Sequence record: SRR20825006_1576
Strand: one strand, 5' to 3'
Length of the DNA: 64,000 bases
The position numbers and the translations under genes are program-made. Under the pieces are notes generated by a model that saw only the letters and a list, made by a program, of their open reading frames with translations, did no database searches and was not told where the DNA came from. Position 1 is the stretch's first letter, and the number at the start of each line of letters is the position of its first letter. This document shows positions 48,260 through 55,757 of this stretch, in pieces.

Positions 48260-49294
48260 TCAGAAGACCACGATACCCAGCATGGATGTGGTAATCGCGA
48301 AATAGAGAAGAAGGCCGGTCATATCCACAATCGTCGTCAGTGCCGGGCCGGAAACGACGGCCGGATCCTGTCTGACTGCAATCGCTGCAAGCGGCAAAAC
48401 CGCGCCGATCAATGTTGCCGACACGACCTGAACTGCCAGCGCCACTGCAATCGCAAAACCAATCGCCTGCAGCGTCATGCCGTCAGGCACGTCTGCGACA
48501 TTGGAGATCAACAGAACTTTAAGGAAGGCAAACAGGAACAACATGGCCGCCATCAACAAGGCAACGCGCGTCTCCCGCCAAAGAATTCTCAGCCCTTCAT
48601 GCATACGCACATCCCCGGTGGTGAGAACGCGCGTTACAAGACTGGCCGACTGGGTTCCGACATTGCCACCCGTATCAGCAACCATCGGCATATAAAGCGC
48701 CAGGATAACCAGCGCATCCAATGCGTCTTCATAAATATGAACAACATAACCTGCGGCCAACCCGGCAATTGCCAGCACCAGAACCCAAGGAAACCGGCGA
48801 CGGAAATCTGACCAGACCGAGTGCTCGAAGTAATCGTCTTGGTTGGTTCGTGTCACACCGACGAAACGATCTGCATCGTCCTGAAGCTCTTCGATCAAAA
48901 ACTGATGGGCACGGTTTGCATGAACAACACCGACCAGCCGCCCGCCGTTTTCAAGCACAGGCATGATGTCAAGTTTTTCTTCCGCCATATCCAAAGCGGT
49001 CGCCTCTGCCGTTGCAGTACTGTCAACCGTCGGAAAGCGTTTACGCAGAACTGTGGAAACCGGTTCACCATCCGCCTTGTTCAGACAATCCTGAAGACTG
49101 ACAAGGCCTAAAAGCCTTCCGTCCTCAGCGACAACACAACATTTTGTCTGAAACCCGCCCTTGTGCCGTGCAAACAGCATAACGGCTTCAGCACAAGGCG
49201 TCTCCGGACCCATGACGAGAGGATCATTATCTGAAATGGCTTTAACGGGTTTAAGAAGCGAATTCGCAAATGCTGAGCTTGCAATATCTGTCAC
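48260..49294 (-). CDS. mgtE: MgtE-family Mg2+ transporter (CBS pair + TM, no N-domain)
   Basis: RRFPW, ADTGGNVGTQ, DPAVVSGPALTTIVD (conserved TM5 Asp). Confidence 0.85.
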   Translation of the reverse strand: MTDIASSAFANSLLKPVKAISDNDPLVMGPETPCAEAVMLFARHKGGFQTKCCVVAEDGRLLGLVSLQDCLNKADGEPVSTVLRKRFPTVDSTATAEATALDMAEEKLDIMPVLENGGRLVGVVHANRAHQFLIEELQDDADRFVGVTRTNQDDYFEHSVWSDFRRRFPWVLVLAIAGLAAGYVVHIYEDALDALVILALYMPMVADTGGNVGTQSASLVTRVLTTGDVRMHEGLRILWRETRVALLMAAMLFLFAFLKVLLISNVADVPDGMTLQAIGFAIAVALAVQVVSATLIGAVLPLAAIAVRQDPAVVSGPALTTIVDMTGLLLYFAITTSMLGIVVF

Positions 49295-49434
49295 GAGTAT
49301 GATCCTTATTCATCATAAGCAGATAACGTAACATTCTTAATCATTTGATGACAAAACTTCATATAAAACTTTAGCAAGTAACGCGCCAGTAAGCGCATAG
49401 AATCCACGCCAAACGCCTTCAGTCAGATATCATC

Positions 49435-50658
49435 CTATCGTGATGCGGTAATGACAGGCTCCCCTCCAGAAAGAAGGATCAGCTTTCCACTTTCATCGAG
49501 ACGCAGATATTCGGCAGAGCCCAGAGCCTCAAGGAACCGGTCTTCAACAGACATCAGGTTGCCGGTACATGCCATGCTGGTGGCAGCCAGCGAACCAATT
49601 TCGAGGTTCCCCTCTCCATCCATGTCAAACGCCCCCATATAGCGGTTACAACCGGCCAGGCCCGAGATCCGGGTGCCTTCAGAAATATTCAAAGTGGGCA
49701 CACCGTCCCCTTTGACCGCCTCGCCCGCAATACTATCGACCGACCACTCATCGCCAGCCAGAAGCGACATCGTATCACCGCCGCACCCGCGCAATGTACG
49801 ATCATCTGCGAAAGTCAGGTTGACTGTCTGCGGATACGGACGCCCCGTCATATCATCTGAGCATTGCTTATCCTGAATCGACACAGACAAACCCAGTTGC
49901 GGATAGTCATAGTGATAGGCACCGCCCTCTATCCGGGCTTCCGGCAACGTCAGATCAAGCTGGTCAGAGCCATAATTGAGGTTCAGAGACAGCCGATCGT
50001 TCAAGATACTCGCCTGCCAGCCCGGTTCATTGCCCTGCGCCAGCCAAGGCCTAATATTTTCATGTGACAGAGCTTCACATTCCGGAAGTGCCTTTCCATT
50101 GATCGTCAGCATTGCGCCTGAACCCTTGCTCCAGAACACGGTCTGACCATCGGGGCTGGAAAATTTCGCCCCGTCCGCTGATATTGCCTGCGGTAGATTG
50201 AAAATCCAATCATTGCTTTCCACCACGGCGCCATTCTCGTCATATCCGACTTCAAAACGCTGATCACCGCACATGTATGTGGTTTGGAAGCCTGAGGGAA
50301 CGTAACCCGATAGCTGAACCGTTCCCAGATCTATCGCCTCATCACCGGCAGCGATTTCTATGGGCTCGCTCACCCAACGTACGGCATTATCCAAAAGAAT
50401 AGCAGCGTGAAGCTCTGCCTTCAGACCTGAGGGCATCTCAATCGTGAAAGGTAGAGGAACCTGCTTTCCGTCCGCCTGTTGGTGCAGTGTGGCAAGCTCT
50501 GTCCCTTGAAAGCCTGTGATTTCCACGATCAGTTCGGCATCCGGCGGAAGGGCTATGCGTTCACGATAAGCCGCTGATCCGGAAACTTCACGCGCTTCAG
50601 CGGCAAGAGCCGCAGAAGCACAGGTGGCAGCAAGAAATGAAATCAGAATACGGCGCAT
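49435..50658 (-). CDS. Secreted multidomain protein: YbaY/YscW + MliC-like + GNEPGW domain + META(HslJ)
   Basis: YRERIALPPDA (YbaY), AISADGAKF (MliC-like), GNEPGW..C.DDM.G..YP..GCG, SGLAGCNRY..SMAC (META). Confidence 0.75.
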   Translation of the reverse strand: MRRILISFLAATCASAALAAEAREVSGSAAYRERIALPPDAELIVEITGFQGTELATLHQQADGKQVPLPFTIEMPSGLKAELHAAILLDNAVRWVSEPIEIAAGDEAIDLGTVQLSGYVPSGFQTTYMCGDQRFEVGYDENGAVVESNDWIFNLPQAISADGAKFSSPDGQTVFWSKGSGAMLTINGKALPECEALSHENIRPWLAQGNEPGWQASILNDRLSLNLNYGSDQLDLTLPEARIEGGAYHYDYPQLGLSVSIQDKQCSDDMTGRPYPQTVNLTFADDRTLRGCGGDTMSLLAGDEWSVDSIAGEAVKGDGVPTLNISEGTRISGLAGCNRYMGAFDMDGEGNLEIGSLAATSMACTGNLMSVEDRFLEALGSAEYLRLDESGKLILLSGGEPVITASR

Positions 50659-50771
50659 AGTGACCTCCCCGGTTATCGTATTCGAAAGCCCGTAGCCGAG
50701 CCAGGCTCTGGAAACCCGGATAACGTGCGCCGGGCTTTCTAAGTGACATTGTCAGGTAACCATCACGATTT

Positions 50772-52616
50772 TCAATGTGCCTGGTCCTTTTTTTCAGGTT
50801 TCACGAACAACCAGAATGCCCAAACAGCAAAAGCAAGAATGACAATCATGAGAATGGCGCGACCGGGGTATGGATTGATCCTGTCATCACGAATATTCAC
50901 ATCAGGTGTCAGTGCGGCAGCGCGGCGCAAATGCGGATCGACTGCGGCATGAAGACCGAGGTTGCGGTTTATTGCTTCGACATTGCGGTCTTGAATTGGC
51001 CGAACTTCGTCAAAGAACGAACTCGGCCCCTGCTGCCCGAGGACGAACCCTTCAGGAGTGGCCGGACCAAACAGGATAAGCTGCGTAGAAAGCGTGGAAA
51101 CTGGCTGATCAACCCCTGGATAAATATCTGCATTGATCTGCGCCTCTCGCATGACCGGCAGCGCCAACCGCGCTGTGCTTCTCCACCACCCATCTGAATT
51201 AACGAGCGTTATATCCTCACTCCCGGCAAACAGGTCAGCGACATCGTGACGACCGGGCTGCGCAAACATCAAAGCAACCTCGGCTTTCCCGTCCCGCAAA
51301 GCTTCCGCCGCTGTATCGGCACTGTCATCAGCAAGGGGAACAACCGTAACATCGCCATTTCCGGAAGCTGCGATTACCGTTGCCATTTTATAGGAAGCAG
51401 AGCCTTCCGGACCAGAGGCAATCACGCTGGCATTGACCGGTTCAACAGGATTTTCCAACAGCGAGAAAGCGTGCAGAAAAGTCGAACCGACAGCCGCAAC
51501 GGCTTCAACACGATCATCACGTACCATACTGCCGTCAACCTGCGTAAAACCGGATACAGCAGGTGAAAGCGCCAGACGCGCTTCACCAGCAGCCATCGCT
51601 TCAAGTGGCACACTTTGAGGGATAATATTGACATCTCGCCCGCGCATCGCTTTGCGCACGGCACGCAAGGTATCAATACCGACATCCGTACCCAATATTT
51701 CAGGCTGCATTGCGATGCCCAGTACAGGCGTACGCTCACGCGGCGGCTTGTCAATCAGACCCAAATCAAAAAGTGCGCGCCGTGCAACGCGGTTAACCGG
51801 GCGACCGTCCAACCTTACAGCCGCATTCAACTCCTGAATCAGGCTATTATCGATCTTGCCTGCAAGTTCGGCCATCACAGATGCAATCGCCGGCGCACGT
51901 TCAAGAGCGTGATCTGATGTCAGCGGAGCGGCCTCATAGATAGGAAAGAAACCGGTGCTGTCCTCAAGTTCAGTCAGTTCGTAGTCTTCGATTTCGGGAT
52001 CGGTCGTGAAACCGATGATCACATCAACCTGTTTTTCGATAAGAGCATCATAAAGGCCTTCACGGTTAGCTTCCGTGAATACCGTTATGTCATCGAAATT
52101 GAGGCCGAAACGATCAAGGAATGGCTCGAGACCATCGCGCGGGCGCTCCGCGAACGACTGGGTGATGCCGAGGCGCAAACGAACATCAGGGCCGGAAAGG
52201 TCGGAAACCGTTGACAGGCTATTGTCCGCGGCGATCCCGGGCCTGGTCAAAACGGCATAGCCAGCCTCAAACCCCAGCCGGTCCAGCATGACCAGCCCGC
52301 TTTCCAAAAGTGCTTCAGAGGCAATTGTATAGTCTTCATCCGCATTTCCGGAGCGCGGCGTTCCCATCATAGCGAGAGCAGTCCCGGTATATTCAGGATA
52401 AAGATCGATATTGTCGTCTTTCAACGCCTGAAACACGATTTCGGTGGAGCCAAGCGCCGACAACCGCTTAACATTCACCCCCTGCTCCTCCAGGAGAAGC
52501 GCAAACATTTCGGCAACGATCCGGTTCTCGACAAGATCCTTTGAGCCAACGCGCACGGTCTGTGACGAACAACCGGCAAGGATCACAACTATGAGCAAAG
52601 ACAGAACGGTTCTCAT
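50772..52616 (-). CDS. Lipoprotein with OpuAC/OsmF-type binding domain, second TAXI-like domain and C-terminal TM helix
   Basis: LAGC lipobox; VGSKD..E..I.AEM and YPEYTGT (OpuAC/OsmF); GPEGSAS, ALRDGKAE, IYPGVDQPVSTL (TAXI-like); hydrophobic tail AILMIVILAFAVWAFWLFV. Confidence 0.75.
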   Translation of the reverse strand: MRTVLSLLIVVILAGCSSQTVRVGSKDLVENRIVAEMFALLLEEQGVNVKRLSALGSTEIVFQALKDDNIDLYPEYTGTALAMMGTPRSGNADEDYTIASEALLESGLVMLDRLGFEAGYAVLTRPGIAADNSLSTVSDLSGPDVRLRLGITQSFAERPRDGLEPFLDRFGLNFDDITVFTEANREGLYDALIEKQVDVIIGFTTDPEIEDYELTELEDSTGFFPIYEAAPLTSDHALERAPAIASVMAELAGKIDNSLIQELNAAVRLDGRPVNRVARRALFDLGLIDKPPRERTPVLGIAMQPEILGTDVGIDTLRAVRKAMRGRDVNIIPQSVPLEAMAAGEARLALSPAVSGFTQVDGSMVRDDRVEAVAAVGSTFLHAFSLLENPVEPVNASVIASGPEGSASYKMATVIAASGNGDVTVVPLADDSADTAAEALRDGKAEVALMFAQPGRHDVADLFAGSEDITLVNSDGWWRSTARLALPVMREAQINADIYPGVDQPVSTLSTQLILFGPATPEGFVLGQQGPSSFFDEVRPIQDRNVEAINRNLGLHAAVDPHLRRAAALTPDVNIRDDRINPYPGRAILMIVILAFAVWAFWLFVKPEKKDQAH

Positions 52617-54136
52617 GACAGCACCTCGCCAGCAGTTTTATCCTCGGAGGTTCGTTTCTGACGCGCCGGGTCCTTCTTTAGTATTCGCATAAAACTGACG
52701 ATCTGCAGCATCAGAATGGCCGAGAAAGGAATTGCTCCCAGTGTCGACATGGCCCTTGCCACATCAACGGAACCTGCCAGAAGGGTCGCAGCAGTGATGA
52801 TAGCAACCAGGCTGCCCCAAACGATTTTCGATGACGACGGTGGATTGAGATTACCATTCGTGGTCATCATCGACAGCACAAAGGTACCGCTGTCGGCAGA
52901 TGTGACGAGAAAAATCACGATCAGCAACAAGGCAGCTACGCTGAGAAATGATGAGAACGGGAAGTAGTCCAGGAATGTGAACAATGCAGCGGCCACATCC
53001 TGTGTAATTACGGAAGCAAGTCCTCCGGGGCCATACATCTCGATATAGATGCCGGCGCCGCCGAAAACAGCGAACCAGAAGACCGAAAAGACTGTGGGGA
53101 TGAGGATGACCCCCATACAAAACTCACGGATCGTCCGCCCGCGCGAAATGCGCGCAATAAATACGCCGACAAACGGCCCCCATGCCAGCCACCATATTAG
53201 ATAGGTCAGCGTCCAGTTGGCAGACCACTGCGTCAGCCCCTCAAACGGGAACAACCGGAATGACATGTTCACAAACTGGGAGACATAGGAGCCCAGCGTC
53301 GTGACGAATGTCTCCATGATAAAACTTGTCGGCCCCATCACAAGGATATAAGCCATCATCGCCAGGCCAAGCGCCATGTTGATGTCTGACAACAGCTTCA
53401 TACCCTTTTCGACTCCGGTCAAAGTCGAGATCATGTACATTACAAACAGAGCTGCCAGCACCATCAGCGAAACGCTGTTCACTGCCGGGACATCGAAAAG
53501 GGACGTCAGGCCCGAGCGCACCTGCAAAGCCCCCATAGCCAGCGACCCGGCAAGTCCGAAAACGACCGCGACAACGCCGAGAACATCTGCTGTTGTTGCA
53601 GCAACTTCCGATGAGCGCCCGGAAAAAAGGCTGCGCAATGGGGTCGAAATCAGTGGGGGCTTTTCCAGCCGGAAGGTAAAATAGGCAATAACAAGCGCAC
53701 AAACCCCGTATATTGACCAGGCATGCAGCCCCCAATGAAGATTGGTGATCACCAATGCCTGTCTGGCCGCTTCCGCCGACTGTGAAACACCGCCGGGCGG
53801 ATTTTCAAAATGCGTGACAGGTTCGGCAACCCCCCAGAACAAAAGCCCCGCCCCCATGCCACCGGCAAACAGCATGGCAATCCAGGATGTAAATGAAAAT
53901 TCAGGCTTCTCATCATCCTTACCGAGGCGAATTGAACCATAAGGACCAAGTGCCAGAAATGCGGCCAGAATAACGAAACACGAACAAAGAAGCAGCCACC
54001 ACCAACTGGCACCTACCATAAAGTAGCCTGTGAACCCCAAAACGCTTGCCGCCATCTGGTCAGGGGCGATCACCCCCCATGTACCAATCGGCAAACACAA
54101 AAGCAGAGAGATGACGACGACCTTGTTGACCTGCAC
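52613..54136 (-). CDS. BCCT-family (betaine/choline/carnitine) transporter
   Basis: SWIAMLFAGGMGAGLLFWGVAEP, HWGLHAW, WW..W.PFVG.FIARISRGRTIREF, TSADSG. Confidence 0.93.
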   Translation of the reverse strand: MQVNKVVVISLLLCLPIGTWGVIAPDQMAASVLGFTGYFMVGASWWWLLLCSCFVILAAFLALGPYGSIRLGKDDEKPEFSFTSWIAMLFAGGMGAGLLFWGVAEPVTHFENPPGGVSQSAEAARQALVITNLHWGLHAWSIYGVCALVIAYFTFRLEKPPLISTPLRSLFSGRSSEVAATTADVLGVVAVVFGLAGSLAMGALQVRSGLTSLFDVPAVNSVSLMVLAALFVMYMISTLTGVEKGMKLLSDINMALGLAMMAYILVMGPTSFIMETFVTTLGSYVSQFVNMSFRLFPFEGLTQWSANWTLTYLIWWLAWGPFVGVFIARISRGRTIREFCMGVILIPTVFSVFWFAVFGGAGIYIEMYGPGGLASVITQDVAAALFTFLDYFPFSSFLSVAALLLIVIFLVTSADSGTFVLSMMTTNGNLNPPSSSKIVWGSLVAIITAATLLAGSVDVARAMSTLGAIPFSAILMLQIVSFMRILKKDPARQKRTSEDKTAGEVLS

Positions 54137-54558
54137 GATTAAATACCCCCTCGGCTGGGTCAGAAAGTGTTTCTTCGGACAGCTGGCTGCCCCCTCTTCC
54201 TCTGTGCAACATGATCGTAAGCCGGAGTCAACTAACCGCCCTGTATCGGAGGGTCACCATTGCTTATTCACAATATCCTTGCCCTTTCAGGCCCGGGAGC
54301 CGGTCGCAGAGCAAAGAATCTGGCATCATTTTGCCGAAAGCTGATGGTGGTCAAGTTTGAGCCTGACGTCCACTTGCAGAAAAATAAACGAATCGCTCAA
54401 CAGAAACTTGTAAAAAAGACATTAATGCCTTAATTGCGACCATTCGTTGTGCATAAAAGGCTTATAAAGATTCGTATCAAGTAAGCCATCAGGCCTTTTG
54501 GGTAAAGTCGCCTATTGCGATGAGTGCATTCGAAGCAGCAAGTGAAGACGGACAAAGT

Positions 54559-55707
54559 ATGAAAACTCTTTCAATTTTCGGCACACGGCCAGAGGCCATT
54601 AAGATGGCTCCGGTGATTGATCAGCTTAATAATGATAGCGCTATCATTTCCTATACCTGCGTAACAGGTCAACACCGAACCATGCTCGATCAGGTACTTG
54701 GCCTTTTTGCGATTGAACCGGACTTTGATCTGTCTGTAATGGCGCCAGATCAAACGCTAAACAGCCTATCTTGTAAGGTTATCGCGGGTCTTGATGAGGT
54801 TCTGGAAACAGTGAAACCGGATTATGTTCTGGTTCATGGTGACACGACATCTGCGATGGCTGCCAGTCTTGCCGCATTTCACCGCGGCATAAAGGTCGGT
54901 CACGTAGAAGCAGGACTGCGCACCTATGACCTATCAAAGCCATGGCCTGAAGAAATGAACCGCCGGGTTATCGACACAGTCTCTTCGTTTCAGTTTGCTC
55001 CGACCAATACCAGTGCTGATAACCTTCGAAATGAGCACCTCGGAGGCCAGGTACTCGTTACAGGCAACACGGTGATCGATGCCTTACATCAAACTGCGCG
55101 TAAAATTCAGGACAACAAGAGCCTTCGCAGCGAACTCGAGAACCGGTTCTCGTTCATTAACCGGGATCAGAAAACACTTCTGGTTACAGGGCACCGGCGA
55201 GAAAGTTTCGGCGGTGGATTCGTGAATATATGCAAGGCACTGGCCCGGCTTGCAGAACGCAAAGACCTTCAGATCATCTATCCCGTGCACCTTAATCCGA
55301 ATGTCTTTAAACCCGTGCACGACCTGCTTGGTAATCTTGAGAATGTTCACCTGATCGAGCCCCAGGCTTACCTTGATTTTATCTATCTGATGCAGCGTGC
55401 CGATATTATTCTCACGGATTCAGGCGGCGTTCAGGAAGAAGCGCCTTCATTAGGAAAGCCAGTTCTAGTGATGCGCGATGTAACGGAACGACCGGAAGCT
55501 GTAGCTGCAGGGACAGTCAAGCTGGTTGGCACCGATCCGGAGCGTATCACGCAGGAAACAGTTCGTCTGCTTGACGATGCAGCATATTATGAGAGCTTTG
55601 CCAGGATCATAAACCCTTATGGTGACGGTAAAGCATCAAGCCGCATTGCCGATGCTCTTGCTGGTCGCACTTTTGCGCCTTTCGAGCCAGTTTCCGCGAC
55701 AAAATAA
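54559..55707 (+). CDS. wecB: UDP-N-acetylglucosamine 2-epimerase (non-hydrolysing)
   Basis: GTRPEAIKMAP, HGDT, HVEAGLR, PEEMNR, HRRE, TDSGG.QEE, NPYGDG. Confidence 0.95.
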   Translation: MKTLSIFGTRPEAIKMAPVIDQLNNDSAIISYTCVTGQHRTMLDQVLGLFAIEPDFDLSVMAPDQTLNSLSCKVIAGLDEVLETVKPDYVLVHGDTTSAMAASLAAFHRGIKVGHVEAGLRTYDLSKPWPEEMNRRVIDTVSSFQFAPTNTSADNLRNEHLGGQVLVTGNTVIDALHQTARKIQDNKSLRSELENRFSFINRDQKTLLVTGHRRESFGGGFVNICKALARLAERKDLQIIYPVHLNPNVFKPVHDLLGNLENVHLIEPQAYLDFIYLMQRADIILTDSGGVQEEAPSLGKPVLVMRDVTERPEAVAAGTVKLVGTDPERITQETVRLLDDAAYYESFARIINPYGDGKASSRIADALAGRTFAPFEPVSATK

Positions 55708-55757
55708 GTACTACTGAAACGGAACGGCCGCATTGCCGCCGTCTGAGGAGATCTCTA

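Noticed and set aside
50684-50739. 9-bp inverted repeat GAAAGCCCG...CGGGCTTTC before the YbaY-META gene
   Set aside because: Long loop, no clear U-tract, single copy; not enough to call a terminator, REP or riboswitch.
54137-54558. c-di-GMP riboswitch or sigma54 promoter before wecB
   Set aside because: No convincing GEMM structure; TGGCATCATTTTGC has 9 rather than 10 nt between GG and GC.
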